DNA of 64,000 bases. Origin: Acidobacteriota bacterium (GTDB taxonomy: Bacteria > Acidobacteriota > UBA890 > WLXD01). Position numbers and translations under genes: made by a program. The number at the start of each line of letters is the position of its first letter. Position 1 is the stretch's first letter. The notes under the pieces were generated by a model. It did no database searches and had not been told where the DNA came from. It worked only from the letters and a program-made list of their open reading frames with translations. Below are positions 38,364 to 49,621 of this stretch, one piece after another. Location: positions 384,001 to 448,000 of the forward strand of contig CBDFKD010000002.1 of NCBI GenBank assembly GCA_965248695.1. Reading direction: 5' to 3'.

Positions 38364-39820
38364 GCAACGATCTGCGGAATCAGCTCGCCGTGGACATCCG
38401 TGAGCCGCATATCGCGACCGTTGAACCGGTAGGTCAGCTGCTCGTGGTCGAGGCCGAGCAGATGGAGCATCGTGGCGTGCAGATCGTGCACCGAGATCGG
38501 CTGCTGCTCGGCCTTGTAGCCGAACTCGTCGCTGGCGCCGATCACCTGACCACCCTGAATGCCGGCCCCGGCCATCCACATGGTCATCGTTCCCGGGTTG
38601 TGATCGCGACCCAGGCCGCGTTGCGAGATCGGCATGCGGCCAAACTCGCCGTGCCAGACGACCAGTGTCGACTCCAGCAAGCCGCGCGACTCCAGATCGG
38701 TCAGCAAACCGGCAATCGGCAAGTCAGACTCGGCGGCGTGCTGGCGGTGGTTCTCCTCCAGAAACCCGTGCGCGTCCCAGGTGTCGGTGTTCTGCTGACC
38801 GAGGCCACCGTGAAACAGCTGCACGAAGCGAACGCCGCGCTCGACCAGGCGTCGCGCCATCAGACACTGACGACCGAACGGTTCGGTCATTTGGTCGTCG
38901 AGGCCATAGAGCTTGCGGGTCGCCCTGGTCTCGGCTGAGGTGTCGATGGCCTCGGGTGCGCAGCCCTGCATCCGGTAGGCGAGCTCGTACGACGAGATGC
39001 GCGCGGCAAGCTCGGAGCTGCCCGAGTACCTCTCCATGTCGATCTCGTTGAGCTTCGCGAGCGTATCGAGCCGGGCGCGTTGCTCCTCCGCCGACATCGT
39101 CTCGGGACGCTTCAGATCGACGATCGGGTCTCCCGCCGAGCGGAAGACCGTTCCCTGATAGCTTGCCGGCATGAACCCGGCGCTCCAGTCGTTGGGCCCT
39201 CCCAACGGGCCACCTCGGTGGTCGTTCATGACCACGAAGGCGGGCAGGCTCGAGCTCTCCGACCCGAGGCCATACGTCACCCACGCGCCGACACTCGGGA
39301 ACCCCATCCGCAGCTGACCGGTCTGCAGCTCGTAGGTCGCTTGCACATGGTCGTTCGAGCGCCCGTAGACCGAGCGAAGGAACGCGATCTCATCGACCTT
39401 GGCGGCGAGGTTGGGGAATATCTCGGAGACCTCGATGCCGCTCTCGCCGTACTTCTTGAACTCGAACGGGCTCGGCATCAGCGGCCCCGGGAAGCCCTGA
39501 CGCACGATAACGTCACCGTCGATCTTGTCGTGCAACGGCTGTCCGGCGTACTTGTTGAGCGCCGGCTTCGGGTCGAAGGTGTCGACCTGGCTGACGCCGC
39601 CGCTCATGAACAGCGAGATCACCGCACGAGCCCGTGGCGCGAAGTGGGGCGCCCGTTCCGCAAACAGGTTGCCGGCCGCGGGGGCGGCACACTGCTGCGC
39701 CCCCAAGAGCCGCTCGCTTGCCAGCAGCTGGGTGAGCGCCAGCCCGGCGATGCCGCCGCCGGACTGAAAGAGAAAGTCACGACGCGACCAGAAGTTCTTC
39801 TGCTTGCCGCAGCAGCTCAT
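38360..39820 (-). CDS. DUF1501-domain Tat-exported protein
   Basis: SRRDFL, FMSGGVSQVDTFDPKP, RRLVERGVRFVQ, WDAH, GEFGRMP, GRDH. Confidence 0.92.
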   Translation of the reverse strand: MSCCGKQKNFWSRRDFLFQSGGGIAGLALTQLLASERLLGAQQCAAPAAGNLFAERAPHFAPRARAVISLFMSGGVSQVDTFDPKPALNKYAGQPLHDKIDGDVIVRQGFPGPLMPSPFEFKKYGESGIEVSEIFPNLAAKVDEIAFLRSVYGRSNDHVQATYELQTGQLRMGFPSVGAWVTYGLGSESSSLPAFVVMNDHRGGPLGGPNDWSAGFMPASYQGTVFRSAGDPIVDLKRPETMSAEEQRARLDTLAKLNEIDMERYSGSSELAARISSYELAYRMQGCAPEAIDTSAETRATRKLYGLDDQMTEPFGRQCLMARRLVERGVRFVQLFHGGLGQQNTDTWDAHGFLEENHRQHAAESDLPIAGLLTDLESRGLLESTLVVWHGEFGRMPISQRGLGRDHNPGTMTMWMAGAGIQGGQVIGASDEFGYKAEQQPISVHDLHATMLHLLGLDHEQLTYRFNGRDMRLTDVHGELIPQIVA

Positions 39821-39824
39821 CCGA

Positions 39825-42447
39825 TCACCGCAGGTAGAGAAACTCGTTCAGGTTGAACATGACGTGCGCCAGATCAATGAGGGAGCCGTTGTCCACCAGC
39901 TCGAGGGCGATGGCGGACTCCGCGTCGGTGGGCGACCGGGACAGCGCGATTCGGTACGCCAGGTCGATCTGGCTTTCAGGCGTCGCAGGCGCGTGCCGCT
40001 CGATGCGCTCCGCCAGCAGCTCCGCCTGTTTGAGCACGAACGGGTTGTTCAGCAGCGTCAGCGCCTGTGTCGGCACGGTGGAGATATTGCGCGCCGCTGC
40101 GGTGACGTTCGGATCAGGAAGATCGAAGGTCTCGAAGAAGGGAAACGTCAGCGACCGGCGCCGGTAGACGTAGACGCTCCGGCGCCAGGCCGCCGGCCCG
40201 TCGGGCTGGCGTTCCCACTTGCCGTGAAACTGCGAGGCGAGGATTTCCTCGGGTACGTATGGAAATATCGGCCGCCCGCCGACGGTCAGATCGATAGCAC
40301 CGCTGGCGGACATGACGATGTCGCGCACCACTTCCGCCTCGAGGCGACGCAGCCGGAACCTCCACAGCAAGTTGTTGTCGGGATCGTTCGCCTGGTTGTC
40401 GTCGAGGGCGGTGGAATCCGGGTACGCAGACGCCATCTGGTATGCCTTCGACGTCAGCATCAACCGGTGCATCTGCTTGATGCTCCAGCCGGAGCGCACG
40501 AACCGGATCGCCAGCCAATCGAGCAGCTCGGGATGTGTCGGACGATCGCCAACCAGGCCGAAGTTGTCGAGCGTTCTGACGATCCCGCGGCCGAAGTGAT
40601 GGTGCCAGATGCGATTGACGGCGACACGAGCCGTCAACGGGTTGTCGGCCGAGGCGAGCCACCGCGCTAGCGCCAGCCGTCGAGCGGAAGTACGCCCGCT
40701 CGGACGTGGGATCTCGGTGGGCGGATCACCGTAGGTGGCAACCGTCACGAAACCGGGAGCCATTGGAGAGCCCTTGCTATGAGGGTCTCCACGGATCAGG
40801 AAGTGGCTGGGCGGGACCTGGTAGCGCCCCGGCCCTTCGTGCAGAAAACTGCCGGGCTCATCGGGTATGACACGACAGGCTGGACACGACACCGTGTCGT
40901 CGCCGGATCCGTCCGGCGCGTAGCGGTAGTCGCCGTCGGTAACGATCTCTGCCATCGGTGGTTCAGCGGGCCGTTCTTCATCGAGGGAGACGAGACGATC
41001 CGCGAGAGACTGACGCGCCGCGGAATCTTCAGCCGTCAGCGACGCTGCGAGCTCATCTCGGTCGACGCCGATTGTCAGCACCTGCGTTGCAAGGAGCTCC
41101 TCGCCTGGCGTTCGCTCGTCGGCCGACTTGAGCAATACCAGCCGAATGTCCTCGGGGAACCGCTGGAGTTGGAGCTGACGCCGATACGGCGCCTCGATCT
41201 CGCCAATCTGCGCAGTGAGCCCTGCAGCACGGGCCTCGATGTCGCCAGCCTTTCTCAGGTAGGCGGCGGCCTCCGCCGGCGGTAGCAACGGCACCTCGAT
41301 CTCGACATAGCCGAAGATCGACGCCTGCATGCGGTAGTAGTCGCGCTGCAGGATCGGGTCGAACTTGTGGTCGTGGCAACGGGCGCAGTGCACCGTGAGT
41401 CCGAGCACTCCCCTGCCGACCGTGGCGAGCACGTCGTCGAGATAATCGTACCGCCGCTCCGGATTGTCCTTCTCGCGAAACCCAACGCGCGGCCCGGCAC
41501 GCAGAAAGCCCGTGGCGACGAGCGTTTCGTTGGTCGCGTCGTCGAGCTCGTCGCCGGCAATCTGCTCTTCGAGGAACCGATCGTAGGGCTTGTCGGCGTT
41601 GAATGCGTTGATGACGTAGTCGCGGTAGCGCCAGGCGTTGGGGCGGTCTTCGTCAAACTCGAAGCCACTGGTGTCCGCGTACCGCGCCACGTCGAGCCAG
41701 TGTCGGCCCCAGCGCTCACCGTAGTGTGGCGAGGCCAAGAGCCGGTCAATCAGCTGTTCCCAGGCGTCGGGCGCCGGATCGCGGACGAACCCGGCGCGCT
41801 CCTCTGGGGTCGGCAGCAAGCCGATCAGGTCGAGGTAAGCGCGCCGCAACGAGCGTCGACCGGTCGGCCTGCGGCGCCGCCGTCAGACCGCCTGCCTGTC
41901 GCGACTGCTCGAGGAAACGATCGATCGGATTCTCGAAGTCGGGCAACTCGGGCGGCGAAACAGCGACCGGGAGCTGAAAAGCCCAGTACTGCCGGGCGTC
42001 GGGCGGTAGCTCCGAGGTTTCGAGGGCCTCCAGGGCATCGTCCGCGGCGGTGGCCCCACCAGCATCCCAGTGAGCCCCGTTGTCGATCCACTCCCGGACG
42101 GCAGCGATCTCCAGCTCGGTGAGGGAATCCCCCTCCATGGGCATCGCCGGCCCATCGAGACCGGCGATGAAGCGGTAAAGGCGACTCTCGTCGGCCTGCC
42201 CCGGCACGAGGGCCGGGCCCCGCGTCCCGCCCCGGAGCGCCGCCTCGCGGGTACGCAAGTCGAGGTCCGAGGTCTGTACGGCTGCCCCGTGGCAATTCCA
42301 GCAGCTGCGCTCCAGAATCGGCCGAATGCTCGCCGTGAAGGTCGTGCTTGGCGCACTCAGCGCCGCGGACTGCGCCTGGGCCCCGGCAACGCTCGGCAGA
42401 CCACCCAACAGGGCTGCTACCAAGGTCGCTCGGATCGTCATTCTCAT
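39825..42447 (-). pseudogene. Planctomycete cytochrome c + DUF1549 (PSD1) + DUF1553 protein, frameshifted near 41850
   Basis: CWNCH, YWAF..P, GERWGRHWLD, CARCHDHKFD, PTHPELLDWLA; one extra base breaks ADRSTL/RRAYLDL. Confidence 0.85.
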
Positions 42448-42924
42448 TTCGCGACCTCCGCGGCCCATCCTAACGGTCGTGGCGGCTATTGAGAAGATAC
42501 GATGCCGATCTTCGAGTAACGCGTATCGACCGTCACGGCCAGGTCGGCCGTTGCGATCTCAATGTCGCGATATCCACCCATTGCCCGGCGACGACCACAC
42601 ACCGATTACGTCACGGAGCGCGCTCAGATCCTCACGAGTGGCTGGCCCCGGAGGCACTCAGGCCCGCCCACCAAAGCACTCCGATGAAGAATCCCTGCAG
42701 GGCGACGCGCGGAACGAGCGGCGTTACCGGCGCACCGCCGATCGTAGCTCCCGAGAGCGCGGCATGAACGTTCGCCGGCAGCAGGGCCACAAGCATCAGG
42801 ATCAACGCAATCGAGGCGAGACGGCGTGTCCGTGGAACGAGAAGCCCGACCGCACCGAGAATCTCGCACAACCCCGTGAGGGTAACCATGAGGCCAGGCG
42901 CCGGCACAAACGGCGGCACCATGG

Positions 42925-44184
42925 TGACCTGACCCCGCGGTTAGTACCATGTCTTATCTCAGTAACTCGGTGCTGACAAGAGGTTGTTGAGGCCGGCGAA
43001 GCGGAGCGCAGCCGGCTTCAACAACGTCGCTTCGGGTGCGGGCGGCCGATAGCTCAGCGAGCTGTGCGGTCGCATGCGGTTGTAGTGCTGACGCCATCTC
43101 TCGATCAGAACCTTTGCCTCCTTGAGCGTGTAGAAGATCTCTCCATCCAGCAGCTCGTCGCGTAGCTTGCCGTTGAAGCTCTCCACGTAACCGTTCTCCC
43201 ACGGCGAGCCCGGCTCGATGAACAGCGTCCCCACGCCCAACCGGCCCAGCCAGTCGCGAACCGCCTCGGCGGTGAACTCTGGTCCGTTATCCGACCGGAT
43301 GTGCTCAGGTATGCCCCGGTGTACGAACAACCTCCCGAGCTGCTCCAGCACGTCCTCAGAGTTGAGCTTCCGTGCTACATGGATCGCCAGGCTTTCTCGT
43401 GTGTACTCATCGACGATCGTCAGCAGCCTCATAGCCCGACCGTCGTGCGTCCGGTGGTGCAGGAAGTCATACGCCCAGACATGATCCCGGTGCTGTGGGC
43501 GCAGCCGGATGCAGGAGCCATCGCTCAGCCACAGCCGTGCTCGTTTGGGCTGTTTTCTCGGTACTTTCAGCCCTTCGCGCCGCCAGATACGCTGCACTCG
43601 TTTGTGGTTCACGGACCAGCCCTCCATGCGCAGCAACGCTGTCACCCTCCGATATCCGTAGCGCCCGTACTGTCGGGCTAAATCCACGATCCGCTCCGTC
43701 AAAATCTGCTCCTGTTGCGGCTCTCTTGGCACGTACCGGTGTGTCGTGCGTGGTTGTTTCAGTACCCGACACGCCCGCCTCTCCGAGACGCCCAGCCGCC
43801 CCCGTACATGTGCCACCGCCTCTCGCCGCCGAGCTGGGCTCAGAAGTTTCCCTCCGCCACTTCCTTCAGGATCGACAGGTCGAGTTCCTTTTCCGCCACC
43901 AGCCTCTTGAGCCGGGCATTCTCCTTCTCCAGTTGCTTGAGCTTTCTGGCCTGGTTGAGCTTCAGTCCGCCGTACTCTCGCCGCCACCGGTAGTAGGTGT
44001 GCTCGGTGATTGCTAGCTTGCGGCAGGCATCCTTGACCGTCGCCCCTCGAGCCAGCTCCACCTCAGCCTCCCGGAGCTTGCGTACGATCTGCTCGGCGCT
44101 GTGCCTCTTACTCGGCATTCTGACCTCCCGTTCTTGACCCAGATCGTGAGATTACATCCGGATCCGTTTTCGGGGGTCAGGTCA
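42925..44184 (-). mobile_element. IS3-family insertion sequence, copy 1 (1260 bp)
   Basis: TIRs TGACCTGACCCC / GGGGTCAGGTCA; 4-bp TSD ATGG (42921-42924, 44185-44188). Confidence 0.95.
42959..44118 (-). CDS. IS3 transposase OrfA/OrfB (-1 programmed frameshift)
   Basis: OrfA HTH 43840-44118; OrfB WAYDF, SDNGPEF, ENGYVESFN; slippery G_GGA_AAC at 43846-43852. Confidence 0.93.
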
Positions 44185-44410
44185 ATGGCAATCAAGTCTG
44201 GTCGTAGGCTGTTGAAGTGGGCCGCGGCCGTAAAGCTGAACATGAACGCCAACCCCACTCGCGCCGCCATCGCCCAGTCCCGCAGCCGCGCTGGGCCGAC
44301 CTGTCCGACCAGCCGCGCCAGCGTTGTGGTCACAACGAGGACGATCAGCGGTGCCATGTGCTTCTCAAGCCGCGAACGCCGGGCCTCATTCTGTGCATCC
44401 AGCGAGGCTC

Positions 44411-44872
44411 CTAGTCGGCCGCCGTGCGCATCAGCGTGATCACATCCTGAGATGTGAGGGCGATGGAACGAGGATCGTCATTCCCCGGCGGGCCTGGCTC
44501 CAGGTCCATGCGCAGCGTGTCTTCGTCGACGAACTCCACGAGGCCGTACATCACGAACCCCACCAACGGCCCGGTCTCGAACCCCGAAAGATCGATGCAC
44601 AAGCGCCCGTCTCGCGCGGCGGCAGCGTAGGAGAGGTTCATGGTCTCGGGACCGGATGGGAGCTGAACGACCCAGGTTGCGGTTTGGTCAGCGGAGAACG
44701 TGAACGACATCGATCCGCGGGTGTCGTTCTGACCCTCCCACGAGCCGAGCAGACGCCCAGCTAGGTCGTTAGATGAGCCCTGTTGCGATGCGCCGTCCAC
44801 GGGCTCGTCGCCTGCACCACAGGCGATCGTCGATGCGAGCACCATCAGCGCCACAGCGGTGGTTCTGCGCAT
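44411..44872 (-). CDS. Lipoprotein, unknown function
   Basis: Leader ending TIAC; LLGSWEG beta-barrel-like domain; GGAG RBS. Confidence 0.7.
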   Translation of the reverse strand: MRRTTAVALMVLASTIACGAGDEPVDGASQQGSSNDLAGRLLGSWEGQNDTRGSMSFTFSADQTATWVVQLPSGPETMNLSYAAAARDGRLCIDLSGFETGPLVGFVMYGLVEFVDEDTLRMDLEPGPPGNDDPRSIALTSQDVITLMRTAAD

Positions 44873-44977
44873 CGTCTCCAGCGGCTGTCTTGTCGTGTGC
44901 GGATGCGGCGATTCTGCCTCGTGCTCTCCCGTGCCTCAATGGGCGCTGGCGGACATCCGCCGAGCCGGCAGCGAGTC

Positions 44978-45534
44978 TCATTGCGGATCAGGCTCGGCGA
45001 TGCCCTGACGCACGATGCCACACCATAGCGCCACGGCGAGGCTAAGCAAGCAGCCAATCAAGAACCAGAGGGTCCACGTCGGCGGGAAGAAGAGGCCTCT
45101 CAACGTGCTGAACAATCCCAGTCCCGCCGCCGTCCCGACCATGTACGCGCCGCGCTCGACGATCCCGCTCAAGCGGTGTTGCGGTTGCTCGCGGTGCGCA
45201 CGCGACGAATGATCACGAAGTTGGCGATGATCCCGAAGAAAAGCAGCGCCCCCAGCGTCGCGGTTGCGGACCAGAGCACCAGCACACCCGCGAGCACCTG
45301 CACCAAACCGAGAAAGTGCCAGTAGGGACCGGATTGATACAGCGTCTCGAAGAACCCCCCGATATCCGTCGTCGGGCTCATCGTCGTGAATCGCCGACCC
45401 AGGAGCTTGACCATGCCGGTCGGGATGAAGCCCACGGCCAGCAGCACGCGGGTGCCCGGCGCGAGGCGATACAACACCGGCCGAGCGCGCACCCAACGTT
45501 GCAAGCTTGTGAGACGTTGATCTAAGTAGGACAT
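44978..45534 (-). pseudogene. DoxX-like membrane protein with deletion/frameshift
   Basis: RVLLAVGFIPTGMVK...YWHFLG...IIAN then the frame breaks near 45205; hydrophobic tail in another frame. Confidence 0.65.
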
Positions 45535-45588
45535 GCAGGTGAACCCAGCCTAGTGGAGATCGCGAGGCAGCTCACGGAGATCATGCTC

Positions 45589-46218
45589 ATGAGATTGCAT
45601 CACCGCACCCGCGCCACCCACCGTGCCGTAGCTGTAGCCTCCTTGCTCGTGCTGGCGCAGCCAAGTCCCGCACCGGTCGAAGCTCACGAGACTGCGTTAT
45701 CCCAGACGGCAACCCTGACTCTCGTGTTCCAGGCCGCGACGCCGGACGACGCGGCGGCGCGCGACGAGTACGAGGCAATCTGGCAGGCGGAAGGCGCGCA
45801 GATCGTCGCCGCGATGCGTAACTACACCGGTCTCGACTTCGAGGAGAGCGAGAACATCGTCCATGTGATCGTCGTGGAAGAGGCCAGCTCGTCGGGGTTT
45901 GGCGACAGGCCGATGCGAATCCGTTCGAGTTACCCCTCCGACACCAAGCGGGCGACCCTCATCCACGAGCTCGGCCACCGTCTCCACGGACGCTTCTTTT
46001 ATCGCGGCGACGAGGACCATCCGACGCTGTTCCTGTACATCTACGACATCTGGGTTGACCTGTACGGTCAGGAGTTCGCCGACGCGCAGGTAACCGTGGA
46101 GAGCCGGCGGCGCGGGCTGTACGACTACGAGGGCGCCTGGAGAGATGCCCTGGCGTTGTCGAAAGAGCAGCGGGCGACCCGACTTCAGGACGAGCTAGCT
46201 TCCAGAATACGCTCGTAG
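45589..46218 (+). CDS. Secreted protein with HExxH zinc-binding motif
   Basis: Signal peptide; TLIHELGHRLH. Confidence 0.65.
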   Translation: MRLHHRTRATHRAVAVASLLVLAQPSPAPVEAHETALSQTATLTLVFQAATPDDAAARDEYEAIWQAEGAQIVAAMRNYTGLDFEESENIVHVIVVEEASSSGFGDRPMRIRSSYPSDTKRATLIHELGHRLHGRFFYRGDEDHPTLFLYIYDIWVDLYGQEFADAQVTVESRRRGLYDYEGAWRDALALSKEQRATRLQDELASRIRS

Positions 46219-46247
46219 CTGGAGGCTCGCCGCCGGTAGCTAGACTC

Positions 46248-48686
46248 CTACTGCTCGCTTAATCGCGCCAGCGCCTGGTCGAGATGGCGCCGGTACTCCT
46301 CTCGGTCCTGCGGCCGCAACCATGCGTCGCGCTCGTCCACACGGCGCCAGATCTCCTCGATCACCGCCGCCAGAAACTCCGCGGAAGCGCGCGATGCGTC
46401 GTTCGGGCCGGCGTCCTCGAAGAACACCGGCGACGTGTGTGCGAACGTGTAGTTGTCGCCGGAGTAGCGAGCCTTGCCGCCCCGCGCCCGCACCGCAACC
46501 CAACGCGCATCTCGCACCGCTACGGACTCGCTGGCCCGCAGCCGGTTCTGACCCTCGGGCACCGGAATCGAGTGCGCGACGCGGCCATCGACCAGGATCT
46601 CGATCACATCCACCGGCGCGATGGTCGCCAGATCAACCGAGACCGTGGCACGCTCGCGTCCGGCAATCCGCGATCCCGGCTCGTGACCGTCCACTTTCGC
46701 GAACAGAAGCGGTCCGTTTGTGGCAACCGTGCGTTCGGCACGCACCGCCTCGACCCAGCGACGCCAGGTCAGCGCACCTTCCACGCGAGCGTAGGTGCGC
46801 GCCGTCCCCCCGGAGGGATCTCGCCAGACGTTGGAGAAGTTGTCCGTGCCTCCGGTTGCCGCCAGTTGGATGCCCACATTGAGCATGTGGTGGTACATCG
46901 CGGCGCTGGCCATCTCGTCCGAAGCGATGGACACGACATCGTAGAACTCACCACGGCGAAGAAGGAGATGGATGGGAATGTCCGACTGAGCGGCGCCGGC
47001 GACCGTGGCGACGTCCTCGACGCTACCGGTGTACGGGTGCAGGAAGCCGCTGACCCCGCCGAGGGCGTAGACCGCGTCCAGATACCCGAGCTTGAGGCCG
47101 TCGGCAGGGTACGGCGATCCACGCGTGCCGCCGATGAACGGAGTGAGGAACTCTCGCAACCCGAGCAGCGCCACATGCCCGAAGGAGCCGCGGAACTCCT
47201 GGCTGTACCGCAGGATGGTGTCGGCGGTGGACCCGGCATAGTTCTCGCCGGTCAGGTCGCTCCGCCGACCCATGATCTTGGTGCCATCCATGTGGATCAG
47301 GTCGTTGGTGACGTGAAGATCGTCGGCGCGTAGCTGATCGAAAAACTCGCTCTGCGTGAGGCCCCAACGCCCCTCGTGCAAATCGTGGACGTGCGTGTCG
47401 CCCGACACCCAACCGGATTGCCGCGGATCCGCTAGCCGCTCCATGCGTAGCTCGACCGTTACGGTCTCGCCGGAGGCGGCATCGACGGTGACGTCGGCGG
47501 GGAGCCACTCGAAGCCCCGCACAGCCTCGAGGCGCACTGCTCCCGCCGGAACGGTGACCTCGAACTCGCCGTCAGAGTGGAAGTAGTGGATCTCGTTGGC
47601 CGGGCTCACGCGGTGAAAGGCGGCGGCAGGGACGTAGCCCCGGCCGTCGGATGCCATCAGCTGGATCCGGGCAGGCACGATCGCGCCGTCGGCTCCGATC
47701 ACTCGGCCGCGCACCGTGGCGGTCTCATATCGCGGCGACAGGCGAGCCTGCTCGACCAGATCCCACGATGGGCGGCGGCCGCCGAAGCCGGACACGACGT
47801 GAAGGGCGGTGGGACCATCCTGATTGCCTACGAACGCCACGCGATGGCCGTCGGGACGCATCGCCGGTGCAAACTCGTCGAGGGGTTCGGTGGTCAACCG
47901 AACGGCGTTGCCTCCCGCGGCCGATACGGTCGCCAGGTCGTAGGACCCGGCAGCGTCGGAGGCGAACACCAGGGCAGCTCCATCCGGCGTCCACGCGGGC
48001 GCGGCGCGATAGCTGGTTTCCTCGTAGTGCACCAGTCGCGCTTCGCCGCCACTCATGGGAACAATCCAGATCCCTCCACTTCCAAGGCGCCCCCTGACCC
48101 GCGCGATAAACGCAAGCTGTGTTCCATCGGGAGATGGGGCCGGCTGGAACTGATGTCCGCTTCCGCCTACGAGGGTCTCGACTGCGCCGGTCGCCACCTC
48201 GTGGCGCAGGATGTCGAAATCCCCTTCGCGCGCCGAGGCGAAGACGACGAATCGTCCATCCGGCGTCCACGCGGGCTGAACGTCCACCGCGGCATCGGAA
48301 GTCAGGCGTCGAAACTCCGTGCCGTCGGCCCGGACTACGGCGATATCCAGATTGCCGTCAGTGTCTACGGCAAGCGCAATCCACTCACCGTCCGGGCTCC
48401 AGGCCGGCTCGAAGTGATACCCAGGACCCTGCGTGATGGCCCATGCGTGATCCGTCCCGACGATCTGAGCCCAGATATCGCCGCGCATCGAGTAGGCCAG
48501 CGTCAAGCCGTCCGGGTGCCAGCTCGGATCCAGCGGAGTGCTGGTAACCGCCGGGAGCATGTGGAGCTCCACCCGGGTGGCTAGCCCGTAGCGGGCCACC
48601 TGCGCGTCTGCCGCGGAGAGAGTAGCGATCACCACGGCGCCGGTGAGAAACAAGAGCCGACGTGTCATTTCCAGACTCTCCCGCAT
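46248..48686 (-). CDS. PD40/TolB-repeat + CehA/McbA-like PHP metallohydrolase
   Basis: PAWSPDG repeats; GDTHVH, GHV, FLHP, GGTD, TNGP, AHTSP. Confidence 0.85.
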   Translation of the reverse strand: MRESLEMTRRLLFLTGAVVIATLSAADAQVARYGLATRVELHMLPAVTSTPLDPSWHPDGLTLAYSMRGDIWAQIVGTDHAWAITQGPGYHFEPAWSPDGEWIALAVDTDGNLDIAVVRADGTEFRRLTSDAAVDVQPAWTPDGRFVVFASAREGDFDILRHEVATGAVETLVGGSGHQFQPAPSPDGTQLAFIARVRGRLGSGGIWIVPMSGGEARLVHYEETSYRAAPAWTPDGAALVFASDAAGSYDLATVSAAGGNAVRLTTEPLDEFAPAMRPDGHRVAFVGNQDGPTALHVVSGFGGRRPSWDLVEQARLSPRYETATVRGRVIGADGAIVPARIQLMASDGRGYVPAAAFHRVSPANEIHYFHSDGEFEVTVPAGAVRLEAVRGFEWLPADVTVDAASGETVTVELRMERLADPRQSGWVSGDTHVHDLHEGRWGLTQSEFFDQLRADDLHVTNDLIHMDGTKIMGRRSDLTGENYAGSTADTILRYSQEFRGSFGHVALLGLREFLTPFIGGTRGSPYPADGLKLGYLDAVYALGGVSGFLHPYTGSVEDVATVAGAAQSDIPIHLLLRRGEFYDVVSIASDEMASAAMYHHMLNVGIQLAATGGTDNFSNVWRDPSGGTARTYARVEGALTWRRWVEAVRAERTVATNGPLLFAKVDGHEPGSRIAGRERATVSVDLATIAPVDVIEILVDGRVAHSIPVPEGQNRLRASESVAVRDARWVAVRARGGKARYSGDNYTFAHTSPVFFEDAGPNDASRASAEFLAAVIEEIWRRVDERDAWLRPQDREEYRRHLDQALARLSEQ

Positions 48687-48737
48687 TCGGTCTCCAGTGC
48701 GTCACCAACTTCTATCATCAGGCCGGCAAGCGAGTCT

Positions 48738-49475
48738 CTATCGGACCGCCAACTCGGCGACGGAAGCGACGATAACCTCCTGGCGCCGGACGGTCAGCTC
48801 TGCGAGCCGAACCTTGCCGGGCAGCGTGCGAATGCGAGTCCAATACTCCTGATAGTCACCGAGAGAATCGAAGCCCAGGAATCTCAGATAGTGCCAGCCA
48901 TCCGAGACCAGGAAGCGTCCGGTCGTGGATGGGATTCCGGCAGCCTCCTCCCACGCCACCACCGTCATTTCGAGGGCCTCTTCGAAGGCGTTTGCCTGTC
49001 CGGGAGCGGTCCGATACCAGACGAACGCCGTCCGACTGCGGGACGAGGCGTCTCCTGAGCCCAGCGATGGAAGCATCTCGACGAACTGGTCGGTGTGCCC
49101 CGAGATCAGGCCGCCGATCTGACCATAGAAGCTGCCGATGCCGGCGCCGGACAGATAGGCGTTGGAGATGTCCATACCGGCCATACCGCGGAAAGCGCTC
49201 ACCATGACGAGGTCGAGGGGAATGGAGCTCTCCACCTCGCGGAACGCCCGGAACGACAGCATCGCCGCGTCCGCCTCGTAGAGCGGCAGCGCGTGCTGGC
49301 GGAACACGTCGATGGCGTCGGCGGACTTTCCCGGAACGAAGGAGAACGTCACGATCTGCCGCACCTCCGCCTCAACCGGGACTTGCCCGCCAACCGCTCC
49401 AGAAGCGATACCCGTCAGTACGGCACACACCGGAGCAGCCAGGAAAACGGCCGCCAATCCAGATCGAGCTGCCAT
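48738..49475 (-). CDS. Secreted protein with two NIPSNAP/ferredoxin-like domains
   Basis: Signal peptide; repeated PGK/PGQ..F motifs. Confidence 0.55.
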   Translation of the reverse strand: MAARSGLAAVFLAAPVCAVLTGIASGAVGGQVPVEAEVRQIVTFSFVPGKSADAIDVFRQHALPLYEADAAMLSFRAFREVESSIPLDLVMVSAFRGMAGMDISNAYLSGAGIGSFYGQIGGLISGHTDQFVEMLPSLGSGDASSRSRTAFVWYRTAPGQANAFEEALEMTVVAWEEAAGIPSTTGRFLVSDGWHYLRFLGFDSLGDYQEYWTRIRTLPGKVRLAELTVRRQEVIVASVAELAVR

Positions 49476-49621
49476 GAAACTCCGAAACGGTCGTTGACCC
49501 AAGAACCCCATGGGCCATTGTCCTTCCCTTGTGGGCGCGCGGCTACCGCCACGACGATCATCGAGATCGTCAGGAGCGACAGAATCAGCAGTGCTGCCGG
49601 GAGCCAGCGCAGCGGTGCTGT

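Larger units (their letters stand above)
42632..44357 (-). pseudogene. DoxX-like membrane protein interrupted by IS3
   Basis: Removing the IS and one ATGG copy restores ...RPDLIAMVPPFVPAP...EILGAVGL...PANV. Confidence 0.88.

Noticed and set aside
42502-42600. MPIFE* resembling an FmdB zinc-ribbon start (MPIxEY)
   Set aside because: Stops after five codons and no CxxC follows; too little support.
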